Of a stretch of 64,000 nucleotides of DNA, positions 43,901 through 53,700 are shown piece by piece. Position 1 is the stretch's first letter. The number at the start of each line of letters is the position of its first letter. Source of the stretch: Eukaryota sp. TZLM1-RC (taxonomy: Eukaryota > Protista > Metamonada: BaSk clade); NCBI GenBank assembly GCA_040285825.1, contig JAUPSS010000001.1:2542001-2606000 (forward strand). The letters are read 5' to 3'. The notes beneath the pieces are model-generated. The model made no database searches, had not been told where the DNA came from, and saw only the letters and a list, made by a program, of their open reading frames with translations. The position numbers were made by a program, and so were the translations under genes.

Positions 43901-46262
43901 ATCCTGTCGTGAATTACTGGCTATTAAAATAAATATTCTGATGACAACTTTGAGCCAAATATTGGATGATCTTCCCATTGAGGTGTTATTGAGCTCTATT
44001 CGAGTTTTGTCTCATATGATTTCTCACGGAAACGGCTTGCGTTCCTTTGTTGTTTCTGATGTAGATATGCTTGTCGACATTTTTGACCGTCTCAATTCTC
44101 ATTTGACAAGTGATAGGGATCAAATAGTCGACCTTTTTGATTGCTTTATTTCTATCTTTTGTCATTTGTATTCAGCTTACCCAACAAAAATGAAAACCAC
44201 AAAGTTTATTTCATTTGTCTTTTCCTGCTTTTTCCAGAATTGTTCCTTTGAACTGTATTCGGATAACTCTAATGTAATTACCTTGGCAGGTTCGTACTTC
44301 AATATTTTGAACAAATTTTTAGATTCAGATCCTGGTCTCGGTCTGATCTTTTCTCAAATATTACACGAAAATTCAGAGCTGTTAGCTTGTTTGTTACCCA
44401 TTTTCTCAATTGATACTCTAACTATTCCTTTTTCAAAGTTTGTCAGTAGTGTCTTGGCCTCAAATTTTGGGCTTAAAACGTTGATGATCTCTTTATTAAA
44501 TGAATTTTTAAGGAAAGAAGAAACAAATGTGGACTTGATAATTCATAATGCTCTTCAATTTTTAAATATTTCAAATATTCTCGATAATAGCCTTTTGTGT
44601 AAGGAAATGATACTCATCTTGTCAACGAGTTGTCACCAAATGTCGAGGGATCAAATTTTGATCTTTTCTCAAATAATTGACAATTGCAATTGCTTGGACG
44701 TTTTTTCTTCAGGTCTACCTGTACAATTCTCCAATGTTTTTGAATCTTCGTTGAGTGATCTTTTGGCTACTGTAGATCTTGAGGGACAAAATATTGAAAT
44801 TTTGGTGGAATTCTCCTGTCTCTTCAAAATTATTGCATATGCATTTTCAAAAAACTCAGTGACTAAGTCTAAATTTTTCAACAATAACGTTAATGTTTTG
44901 GAATCTACTTTGAAAAACTTGGTTATTAAACTTGAAGCTAATTCCCAATTTTCCAATATGTTCTTTGATTCTTTATTAATATTTATTCATTTATTTCCAG
45001 ACAATGAACTAATTTTCCAACCAGAATATAGACTAAAGATGGTCAACTGTGGTGAAAATTTCCATCTTTTGGATGATTTATTTGTTTCAGTTCTGAATTC
45101 ATTTAACCCAAATTTTAATGATTTACTGGACTTCTTGCTTCAAAATGCTTGTTTTTTGTCAAACCTGAGGGTCAAATCATTTGTTGGAATTATTGAAGTT
45201 TTTTCCCAAAATTTTGCAATGCTTGACTGGACTCAATTTTCTTGTCAATTATTAAAGCAGTTTTTCGTTAAATTTTTGGTTAAATTTGAAATATTTGATG
45301 CTAAAACACAACAGCTTGCATTTGAGTTTTTGTTCAAGATATTTGACCAAATTTCTGCATTGATGAGTGGAATTTTTGATTTTTCTATCATTCATTTGAT
45401 TGTGTCGAAATTTTCAAACATTCATCACTATGTTCAATTTATTGAACTTTGCCTGAGGCATGAATTCTTTGACCCTCTTAAAATTGATCTCCTTTGGACC
45501 CAGTTCAGTTGTCAGCTGTCGTCAGCTGAAAATTTGGACACCATCCAGTCTTTACTTGAAAGTCTATATGAGGTACGTCATAATTTGTTGTTATTACCTT
45601 TTATTCGTGTGGTTCTTTCTGTTTTCGATCAATCAAAAGATTGGAGTTTCCCAATCACAGTCATTGCCAGTAGTCTTGAAGAAGAAGATTTTAAATTAGA
45701 TGATTTGGTAAACACTGATCATCTTTATGAATTCATTAATTATTGTTTCAAGGATCCTTTAAAATCCACTTCTTCTTCCTTTGTTTTGAAAGATATGTGC
45801 TCTATTTTATCAAACTGCCAGTCTGCCTTTTGTATTTGTAATTGTTTTGAATCTTATCTTTTGACATCATTTTTTGATCTCTGCAATGGTGAATCAATCT
45901 GTTTCGCAATTGAATTTACCTTTTACCTGTCTAATTTCACTGATCTAAGTCAACAAAGTTCTCTTAATTTAGTTTCTGTCAACCGGTTGATCACATCATT
46001 TTTAGAAAATGTCTTGATAAAGCCAGAAAATTTCTTTAATTTTGTTCATTGTGTCCAATTTTCCTTGAAGATTCTGTTTAATCTATCTGACTTTGTCCCT
46101 GTTCTACCATCTTCTACAATTCAAAATGGATTAATTAGTTTTATTGAAAAAAATTATAACAAATTGAACATTGACTTTGTTTCTGATGTTTGTAATTTTG
46201 CTAAAATTGATTCTCGGTTTACGGTGAATCTAACCAATACTTTGATGAATTTAATTGATTAA
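37914..46262 (+). CDS. Giant intronless hypothetical protein (2782 aa); short LRR-like segment then helical (ARM/HEAT-like) repeats
   Basis: 8.3-kb ORF. LRR-like segments (LSLVNCG, LELDHNEL, LFVVGNPF) near aa 340-450, followed by Leu/Ser/Phe-rich helical sequence. Confidence 0.8.
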   Translation: MSIQLPIKFVHALRECTTNSFLSSTSFFDLIDSTLSQADSAEDDISLDLTAFLPSSFYVSPFLQVIHGTQFGTRDLPPLSIPLSEVPSLSTTTTTSSYHCYFLRNTEYKPKLIVLRPSCIHFSSSLNRKSRGTSYNNLRVLSFDERSLEFVLPIPNQSVPFTFKSDQNQSKLIKSVLVSAHNRYCYFSQRLCEAFPKLELLFESGFKITKKTKFVYISFLQILANSSIVSLKLIALARLFEYYPCSILKNFNFQEQFEEFSSLLSSIPCKGYSQLSEQLLGLVNKKMDEKVKFKFDDVQGANFGKLQSLSKSSVNRALSQIINEIFDSGSSNSRVLSLRSFNFGSLSKFLGYFANNYNLELISRLSLVNCGFKDNFSLSLVRNSFSNIQILELDHNELRKLSGQPPDTLFKISVLGNQFSDVNSILEPFKNGNSNLKELFVVGNPFVNSQSSLTWFFSAVVPIMSFKLSINVIDGFPVNNILESLSFLRLSDHVNFLTFISQLILPDPVVASKPLEYGVFALNNSIISPISFVLSGIIDLLVILVIDFKSPLFVSSKAMLTLVSIARDEMTLSHVISSILVTLGQKSSFLTSDLGILLTIFDSVFALTCRLTDEGRVLVSNYINLELTSLEFNSFQLILDLFITNNVHQLYSFFGICKFLNTSLNISKIPKFFYAKVEANDNLVEHVYAFFLFLSSTQPSFSEEELVIILDLCLKVSGFNTFLPPSLSLDCDRPETLIMMMLASILLENISISNGKVQQLLEQILPLSLHLLTNDCHVCYESCISLFSALTKFHGQFGVDLCCGLFSDVQLGDISILISILNNHDLIEPSVIGVCLSSVNSLVQKLNFSIEFSNSLANQNLLEALLSIISHAKDSLASSALECLMTLLSNTPAIQIETSESGDLKVFLDNLIVIIKESMFKNCLFDGCCKILSSLSKIFDPELLFEPFSAPDFVDCLTPLISNSSDHVISQLLSFYVIIYGSREDQPVPISLLKSFLNHFHNHFLIENLINIVNIALFQPNQDFILYCETLINMFSDFIASKCSNHLFKQSHERLLSCLLVTLTKLVVCYFNHHSRFPKNISSYRELIQSLYSLSTSSPVSPSVCGIDDVMRVSGVLLLIFCCAGNFCCVFPPDSEEFVSFFSKILNEIQILVFSNFEEDLANDPLFLKEISLNVFNQLISQDFVLSKISSIGIEIIFSLCITLSRKKLDPLNTYSVFAVTLLAKFGESYVKSDGIELDGSDLTDFFTTLVCGLSMDNYNLPLETILEPIAQLSRLVFAVKFLANESTINHLVSLLISLLNDWFYCTSQSLYSCIQSVLMEMISNIDCHDVATGKKEVDFRNVAFIIEILSNILSSAPTHVCDLILSLPDFRKFLLNLDHFSPNFPYLSEIISFLNSLFTLKVNSKFPLFPYVASLLGLINQAFLGETSQSKTKSLLDCICLLAQKHPIHVINSTFLIEKLIDFVENPIDDQILVSTCDIFASLAKCVIPFVNNKLQSLPFKALLLQLISSFESVEVLESLLSLSHSLVKNVKLFANELIAEKYHSSVFNLLRGNQLPDGVVSIIFDLCSELLISDAQLASFFNNSDNLLLLIQFSQSSRLLLLLFHQQHSLGLSNELFKIFRNCLEHLNFQVIMFFLQVYLRFLKSSPLNHNPNSFIPIIIDCSRHHDLLLICLEVMVQFFDLSDVKLDVSQIVSVATKFSSEISTLSSSCQSNLILLNSKLISLNTSCFSENFVTTFSKNLLALSPEENLVLHTFNWLSSVSRLFPKSVLKLVFNYFSSLFNLDESSATRREFHFGSILSCLISILSSSVVEDDLISKYSKKFVEHPQSAEILILEARNSVIALKLINFSYLLSKYTDLAPILPQLVHVCNFLLSNSRSNINYSFQAAKFLNDVVIGKNENMAELTLTSSILVTVICELIEIVKSIFQSDPTKLSPGLSRSLLLFSQILGNLSSSHSASCSLMIDSLLVHLNHLDQSFVIPILIALFKISESCQSCRELLAIKINILMTTLSQILDDLPIEVLLSSIRVLSHMISHGNGLRSFVVSDVDMLVDIFDRLNSHLTSDRDQIVDLFDCFISIFCHLYSAYPTKMKTTKFISFVFSCFFQNCSFELYSDNSNVITLAGSYFNILNKFLDSDPGLGLIFSQILHENSELLACLLPIFSIDTLTIPFSKFVSSVLASNFGLKTLMISLLNEFLRKEETNVDLIIHNALQFLNISNILDNSLLCKEMILILSTSCHQMSRDQILIFSQIIDNCNCLDVFSSGLPVQFSNVFESSLSDLLATVDLEGQNIEILVEFSCLFKIIAYAFSKNSVTKSKFFNNNVNVLESTLKNLVIKLEANSQFSNMFFDSLLIFIHLFPDNELIFQPEYRLKMVNCGENFHLLDDLFVSVLNSFNPNFNDLLDFLLQNACFLSNLRVKSFVGIIEVFSQNFAMLDWTQFSCQLLKQFFVKFLVKFEIFDAKTQQLAFEFLFKIFDQISALMSGIFDFSIIHLIVSKFSNIHHYVQFIELCLRHEFFDPLKIDLLWTQFSCQLSSAENLDTIQSLLESLYEVRHNLLLLPFIRVVLSVFDQSKDWSFPITVIASSLEEEDFKLDDLVNTDHLYEFINYCFKDPLKSTSSSFVLKDMCSILSNCQSAFCICNCFESYLLTSFFDLCNGESICFAIEFTFYLSNFTDLSQQSSLNLVSVNRLITSFLENVLIKPENFFNFVHCVQFSLKILFNLSDFVPVLPSSTIQNGLISFIEKNYNKLNIDFVSDVCNFAKIDSRFTVNLTNTLMNLID

Positions 46263-46325
46263 TTTTTGAAAAAAAAAAACTTTTTTAATAACAAATATGT
46301 GTAAATAAACAGTGTTTTAAAAAAA

Positions 46326-46898
46326 TTATTTTCGTTTTCTTTTTAAATGAATTTGGTTCTCTGTTTTAACATCCTTGGCTTCTCTCCGTGTTGTGTTTCT
46401 CTTCTGCCAGTCAGATCTTTTTAAAATTATTGGCTTTAATCCTAAGTATGTTCCCTTTAACTCCTTCATTGCTCGTAAATAGTCATCAACATTCAATAGA
46501 GAAACAAAGCCATATCCCTTACCCTTGACAACTCTTGCTTTGTGAAAACTGTCAAATCTAGAAAACAGACCAGACAACATGTTATCAGTGACGTCGGGGG
46601 ATAGATTTCCAACGAATATTCTGAAATCATTCTCTGGCCAAGTTGCTAGTTCCCTGTCTTCCCAGGTTTCTCCCGCAATGGTTCGATAAAATCTTTTTCG
46701 AGATGTCTGGAGGAGAGGTTCAACTGAGTACTCATGGGTTTTTCTTGCTGATTGTTCTTTCGTGGATTTTTTAGAAGTTGTAGGTTGAGACTGTGAGGGT
46801 TCAGCTTTCTGTGGAGGTTCACTCTTTTTCATAGGAACGGCAGGAAACTCTGAAGACAACTCCTTTTGGAAGAGGTCAAACTCGTCCTCCGAAGCCAT
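46326..46898 (-). CDS. RBM42: RBM42-like RRM splicing factor
   Basis: AGETWEDRELATWPENDFRIFVGNL...KGYGFVS...DYLRAMKE...KPIILKRSDW. Confidence 0.85.
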   Translation of the reverse strand: MASEDEFDLFQKELSSEFPAVPMKKSEPPQKAEPSQSQPTTSKKSTKEQSARKTHEYSVEPLLQTSRKRFYRTIAGETWEDRELATWPENDFRIFVGNLSPDVTDNMLSGLFSRFDSFHKARVVKGKGYGFVSLLNVDDYLRAMKELKGTYLGLKPIILKRSDWQKRNTTRREAKDVKTENQIHLKRKRK

Positions 46899-46976
46899 TA
46901 TACTTATGTTTGGGTTTTGTGACAAGGCCCAGTTTTCAATAAAGATATCTAATGAGGTGAGTGAATATGGTTTTCA

Positions 46977-47131
46977 TTTGAAATGCATACTTTCGTCAAG
47001 CATCATTCAAACTTATTCCAAGAAATTTCATTCTTGGTGAGATCGTCCACAGACGTTTTAGAATCCTCGAATAATTGGCCACCAATTTCAGTGAGCCCAT
47101 TTCTCCTCTAAAACAATACGTAGCTTTGAAG
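46977..47131 (-). ncRNA. Candidate omegaRNA of the second Fanzor family
   Basis: Follows the Fanzor stop codon. Stems GTTTTAGA/TCTAAAAC, AATTGG/CCAATT, CGTC/GACG, CCAAGAA/TTCTTGG and a terminal hairpin; motifs shared with 54903-55021. Confidence 0.6.
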
Positions 47132-47650
47132 CTAGTTTCTTTGTGGTCTCTGGAACGCTTCTGGTCTTGTTCCATAGTAGTGCTCACTAATTGCAATTTC
47201 TAACTGATTTAGTGATGTAGAAATGTCTCTAGACCAAACTTGATTACATTCCGGACAACTGAAATAGGCGTTGTGAACTTTAACTTCACCATCAACTTCT
47301 CGATAGATCTTTTGGTGTAGCATCTTGCAGCAGTTCACCTTTTGAGATGTCATATATTCATCTCCGATCTTCACATAAGCAAATGAACATTGTAACAACT
47401 TGAGAAACGCCTTACGTTCAGTTTTCACTTTTTGACGTGATGTACCACCACCTCCATTGCCAAACCACACCTTTACTTCTCGACCGTTTGCAAATTTTTT
47501 CACTTTGTTGATAATGGAGCTAATTCTTTTCTGTTTTCTTATAAAGAAGTCAAATGTATTTCTCCTCAATGCTTTTCGAGCACTCAGATTTAATTGCTGC
47601 TTTAGCAATGATCGTCTTACGTTATTATCTTCATGGTCCTTATGGTCACC
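47132..47650 (-). pseudogene. Fanzor1-type C-terminal fragment (second family), lacking RuvC-I
   Basis: VWFGNG, GDEYMTSQ (RuvC-II), NCC...CPEC zinc finger, WSRDIST (RuvC-III), RPEAFQR tail. Confidence 0.85.
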
Positions 47651-47722
47651 GATAGTTGTTATTTTCGAAACCAAAATTCTAAAGCTTGTCAATAGTTCGA
47701 AAATTTTAGTAAAGGGGATCAT

Positions 47723-48432
47723 TTAAATGGAACACTTGAATAATTCCTCAAAAGAATGCTTGCTCAACTCATCCAAAAAATTCATAATACGGCAGTAAAA
47801 ATTCATAATACGGCAGTAAAAAATCGATGTCACATCTCCACATTTTGACCTACTGTTTAACTTGGCTTGACTCACTTTACTTTTCACGACTGTCCATCTA
47901 CGGTCCTTAATTAGTTCAATCAACGAGGAATCATATTTATTGGAAGTTGATAAATAAATAACTTTATTAATTAAATCAACTGTATTAAGAACCACTAACA
48001 CAATTTCATCTTTTTCTTTTGTTTCACAAACCCGAAATAAAGAACATAAACCTGACAAAAAATGAAGAAGAAAGCTGACCGTTTGAGAGAAAGAACTACT
48101 AGGCGAAAGGTTCGCCAAAAAGGAATTAACCCAAGAATCAAAGAGAAAAAGTGAAGACAGAGAAGATGTGGCGAAGGAACAGAAGGGGGAGTTGAGAGCG
48201 TAGAGAGGACGGCATGGGATAAGGTTAATAATGTTGATGTTTGGTGATCATAGAGTGTTTTATAGCGTTTAGCAATGTCTTCCTGGAGGAGTAGTGATTG
48301 TTGCATTATTGAAAGTAGAGTGGCATGTGAGGAGGTCTGTTGAAGTTCTTTGAGAAGGTGAGAGATTATGTTGTGGTATTTTTGGAGGGTTGGTCCCTCT
48401 CCTTTGGACTTCTTGTTCGTGCACCAATTCAA
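47723..48432 (-). pseudogene. Possible frameshifted or spliced hypothetical gene
   Basis: Two overlapping ORFs (47995-48432, 47723-48118) and a 21-bp tandem duplication near 47776-47820; no recognisable family. Confidence 0.3.
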
Positions 48433-48503
48433 TATTTAACCCTTCAACACTCAGTATTAAATTAACAGATTCTTAATCCCTTGCTATTTACCACATCTAT
48501 AGC

Positions 48504-49172
48504 ATGGCTCCTAATGATGAACTTGTTTCTCATATGTTGAATCTCTGTGTCAATAATCCTGATGATAACAAGCAGCTCATCAACTCTCTCAATCGTACCC
48601 TTTCTCTCTACCTATTGAGCACAAATTCTCTGCCGTCTCTGAGCCCTCACATTCTGTCCTTCATACCACCTCTGTTATCTGCAGAAGATACCTCGCTGTT
48701 GACATGTACCATTGTACTTGCTAAATTTCCTTCTTTTCAACAGGAATTGTTACCTCATTTAAAAACTGCACCCCCAGATTTTTTCTCTACACTAATCAGA
48801 GCCATTCTTTCACCTCCAAAGGGCTTTACCACATACTTCTACTTTCCATTCCTTAACTTATTCTTAGTAAATGGAAATGACTCCGTTCATTGCACTGACC
48901 TTCTCATTGTGCTTGAGCACTGTACAAATCTTATCGTCAACCTGGCTGAGTCTAGTGCTCTCGGTGCGGTTGAGAGAAGCAATCTTGTAGTTACCCTGGA
49001 TTGTGCTGCTTTAATTCTTAGTATCTCAGGTTTCTCTGGTGATTCGTTAGTAGATTTGTTCAACAGGACCCATTCTAGTCTTTGTTCATTAATTGAATTC
49101 TATAGTTGTGACAAGGTTGTAGTTGGTCTAATAGAGACACTTTTATCTGAATTCAATAAAAATTACAATTAA
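48504..49172 (+). CDS. Hypothetical protein, 222 aa
   Basis: ATG ORF with host-like composition. Confidence 0.6.
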   Translation: MAPNDELVSHMLNLCVNNPDDNKQLINSLNRTLSLYLLSTNSLPSLSPHILSFIPPLLSAEDTSLLTCTIVLAKFPSFQQELLPHLKTAPPDFFSTLIRAILSPPKGFTTYFYFPFLNLFLVNGNDSVHCTDLLIVLEHCTNLIVNLAESSALGAVERSNLVVTLDCAALILSISGFSGDSLVDLFNRTHSSLCSLIEFYSCDKVVVGLIETLLSEFNKNYN

Positions 49173-50755
49173 GAAAAGAAAATATATATATATATATAAA
49201 AATTATAATAAAGTGAAGAATATCATATAATCAACATAGTGGTTGAATGAGTTCACTGCACCGTTTACCGTTCACTGGTTGATCTTAATATTCCGTAGCA
49301 TTGGCCATTGTTGAGTTGCCCAAATGATCGTATTACTCGATTAAAGTTCTTTTAAAAGGTACTGTTCTCAATGCAGGGGTGCTGTGGATAGTCTTGGCAA
49401 CACTTGATTGAGTGAAGGTGACCATCTATTCCTGTTTCTCTGAATGTTCTGTGTAATTGGTCACAATGAAGGTCAAAATAGTTTTTGAGCGTGTCGTTAA
49501 TGAGCCACAAAGGTTTGTGTAACTCCCATAGGTTATCTCTTCTCAACCTAAACTTCTCATATTCTTCCATGATCAACTGTCTATTTTTGGTTAAAATTAT
49601 CGACAGAAAACTTCAAAATCTCGATAACTTGTGTCATGAGTTTTCTTTATCCTGCTATTTCTCTCGTAGATGGTCATTCTGCCCAAGTTGGGTGGTATGT
49701 TGATTTCTCACAGGTGACTTAACTCTAGGGATAACAAAAAGATGTCCTTTGTTGCTTTCCTAAAGGCTGGTGAGGTTACCAAGTCTTTGGTCGAATGTGA
49801 TGTTCTCTCGATCGAACAACTTGTAGAAGAAACCAAGAAGGCAATGTCGATTCCTACTGAGACCGTCACTAAGCTTCAATCTGAGTTTGAGCAGGCCTAT
49901 TATGTTTTCTAGGACTTTCTACTGTGTATATTTGTGTAAATACAAACTTTGACATTAACAAGAGTTCGTTGTTTTAGTTTACATTTAAATGTAACAACAT
50001 ATGGGACAACACTATGAAAGTTGTGAACACTGTTTAATATTTTCATTATCAATGCTACAGAACCTTGTCAATGAACACATGAACTCTGAGCTAACGAGGA
50101 GGTAATTTAGAAATATGAGTGGTCATTGGGGTGAAATGAGCTAACAGTTTTGGAGAAAAAGAGAAACAGTGTTCCGCATCAGGAACAACCGATATATCTA
50201 TTTTTTGCAAATAAAATTCATCTAGGAAAAGTTGAATACCCAATCAAAAGTAATAACAGCAGAACTCAAACTAGAACCAATCTAAACATGTTACCCAGAC
50301 AAACAGACTTCAAAACCAGCTCCACAACCAAAATGTAGCATTGAAACGTCACTTTAACTTAGAAAATATATCCTTTGGATGTTCCCCTAAATGATCATCT
50401 ATTATTTGGTCTATTATTAATTGTAGAAAGGACAATACAAGATGTCCTTAAAGATTTTGTTCTATGATTTCTTTTGCAGGAGTATTCAAAATTTCACAGT
50501 AATACTTCCTAAACCAATAATGTAACCTCAATCATCCTCACAAAAAGAAAAAAAATATTTATGAGAAAATGACTGAAAAAGAAACTACAAGGCTAACAAA
50601 AAGTCAAAGAGAGTCATATAGAAGAAAGATCACTACAGGAAGCATCATAGTAGTTAATGTCAATGATTATTAAACTGATAATATATAAAAAAATATTTAC
50701 ATAATGAAATTAATAAAGTTTTTTCAACAATAAACATCAAGAAAAAGACAAAAAA

Positions 50756-53700
50756 TCATTTACCATGAACCTGACGTAGAATTTTTGACACACTTTTTCT
50801 AATTTCTAGGTGATTAGTTTCGATTAAATCAATTATTTCACTTGAAACTGCTTCAAACACAGGGAAAAATTCATCCTTCTCCATTTCCAAAATACCCTGA
50901 AGCATGAGAAGCACAGTGTGAGAGAGTTCACGCTGCAAAGGAAGCTGGCCGGCTCTCAAGGAATCATTATAAAAAGCAGAAAAAAGTCTTCTTGAGCAAG
51001 AAATAATAGTTTTTGAATGATTCCCAGAAAAGAGACAATTAATTGCAGATTTAACAACTTCAAAGGAACAAAAATGGTCCAATTTGTGAGAAAAACCTTT
51101 AACATTTAAAATAGACTCTTGCATTAGTGACAAAAGGTGCACTTGAATATTGGGTGGCGCCTTGAAGTACAGATCAGTCAGAATGAACTGAGGAAGTTTA
51201 ACCAAGTCTGCAGGAATTGACTGATTTGGTTTGGATTGAAATAATAAATCCTGAACTATATCACAAATGGTACGCCAAACTTCAATGTTATCGACATCAT
51301 CAATCAAAACTTGATTGATTACATTGAAAAAGGCATTAACTAAGGGTCCACTTAAAGTTGAATTACTTTTGAAAATGTTCAAATTAGACCGTATTTTTGA
51401 AAACAGGGCAATGAATTTTTCCATTTTGCTTTCACTTAAGGCAAAGTTCCAATTTGCAGAAAGAACTTTCAGGAACTCTTCAATAACATTATCACTTAAA
51501 ATAGAATTTTCACCACCGGATTGTGAAAAAAGATCAAAAAATTTTATAAATTCATTAAATAAATTATCAAAATTAAGTTGAGATTCTTTAAAAATTAGCA
51601 CACAATGATAAAGTTTTTGAAAGTAACCTAAAATTCCCTGTCTGATGGATAAAATAGGCATATCTGGCGAATTAAACCTCAAAACCTGAAGAATCACACT
51701 GAAAGAAAGGGAAAGTAACAGGTCAGGTGAATTCTCTTGACTCTCATCATCTTTTTGAGCTGACAAGAAGGAATCATTTTGACAAGCCGCAGTTAATACT
51801 GAAGAACATTCCACAAGCGAACTTAATCTTAGGGAATGAGAAGAAGATCTGAAATTACTCCATGAGGTCATAACAGGTTCAAAATTCAAAAGAATTCCAG
51901 AGACTTTGCAGGAAAAACTACCTTTTAGTGATCCATATTGGATAATGTCAAAAACATTCTTAATTAGACATCGGAAAACATTATCAGAACAGTTTGAAAG
52001 CTGATATGAGAAAAACTTTACAACCAACTCTGAAAAAGTGTCGACAATGATCCTTTCTTCTGACAGGTAAAAATCTTCCCAAATATTGCCAAAATTTTGG
52101 AAAACAGACACCAGACTGGTGGCTAATGACTTCACTATTGATTCATAAACTTGATCAGAATGAATCTCGGGAGATTCACTCGAAAATAATGTCAAAACAT
52201 TGACTAAAATTGGAAATAAAGTGTTTTTCCAGTGATTAAATCCAATAAGGTCAGAATTAGAAGTAATTAAAATGAAAAAAACTGAAAGTGCTGAAGACGA
52301 AACCTCAGAATTTAAATCATACACCGCAATTTTAGATACAATTGTCATTAAAAGGTCAAAAACCTTTGGAAAATCCTGCAATTCATCAGCTTTTTCATGA
52401 ATCAGCTCTCCAAAAGCCATTGACAGACCAACAGTTTTTAACCCTATCGACACTAGATTGGGGGTCGTGATTGAATAAGTGGATGTTGATTGGAGAATTA
52501 AAAGGTAATTTTCTAAATGGCACTGACTAAATAGAATAGTTTTTGATAAGTTTGACGAAATACACTCTAATAATTTACAAAAACAATCTAATGATTCAAA
52601 GGAGGGATTTGAATCAATGAAATTGTGAGATAGATAAAACAAGGTATTTAACAATGGTGAGACTGAGAAAGACAAATCATTAATAAAATCAATTAAAAGA
52701 GGAGAAAGAAATTTAAAACTTGAACAAAACAAATCACTCAAAATCAAGAAAACTGAGCCACTAATGATCTGTTCTTCAGGAATATTGGAATATTTGGAAA
52801 AGAGATCACCCAAATTTTGGTGATTACTTGACTGTGAAAGCAAACCAAGCCAATTGGAACAGCTTTCCCGATCGATCGGATCAATCTTATCACCATTGTT
52901 AGCAGGAGATAGGGGAAACACACAAACTAATGGTAAAAGGTCAGAAACTTCGGGTAATAAAGAATTGAAATCAGAAAATGCAAGTTGATGTGATTGACAG
53001 TCAAAATCGCGTGACTTTGTTAGAAATGTTTTCAATAATCTCAATACCAAATCAACTGCATCTGTCTTCATCTCCGAGTCTAAAAGTTCTTTGATGAAGG
53101 GCGAAAAGGTTAACCAAAACAAGTAAAATTTGTCATGATCCTTAATGATCTCTTCTGATATTTTATTCAAAAATTTCAGACTTGAATTTTTGGGTAATTC
53201 GACTGTAAGCCCAGCCAGACAACAAGAAAGAACGTCATTGGGAAGTTTAGGAATTAACTCAATTAAAGATATTGCATTTTCCATAATTCTTGTATTAGAA
53301 ATTAAATTTGAATGATATCGTAATTCATAAATTCCAATCACCATTCTGAGCACTAATCTCCATTCAAATAAAGAATTGCCCATTAAATTATATAGAGCAA
53401 ACACAGAATGAAAAACTGCAGAGCAAGCAACTACATTACCTTTTTCAGAACATTGGATAAGGCAATTTAGAGTTTTTTTGCCTAATTCACCAAGACTTAA
53501 CACTTTGGAACAATGAAAAAGAGCCTTGACAGCAGCAATTATTTGGGTTGATAAAGAAGGAATCGAGGCACAGGTGATTAAACCATCAAAAATGATTGAA
53601 CCCAAATTGTTGACAAACTGAATGTCATACAATGATTGATTACTTATCAAAACACACAAACTCTCGACAACCCCAATCAGAAACCTTAAAGAAACAATCA

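Noticed and set aside
47105-47114. GTTTTAGAG on the minus strand resembling a Cas9 repeat
   Set aside because: Single 9-mer that forms one arm of a local stem; no array.
49260-49920. Possible decayed DNA-transposase sequence (similar unexplained stretches at 9000-9900 and 63400-63900)
   Set aside because: No recognisable catalytic motif or termini.
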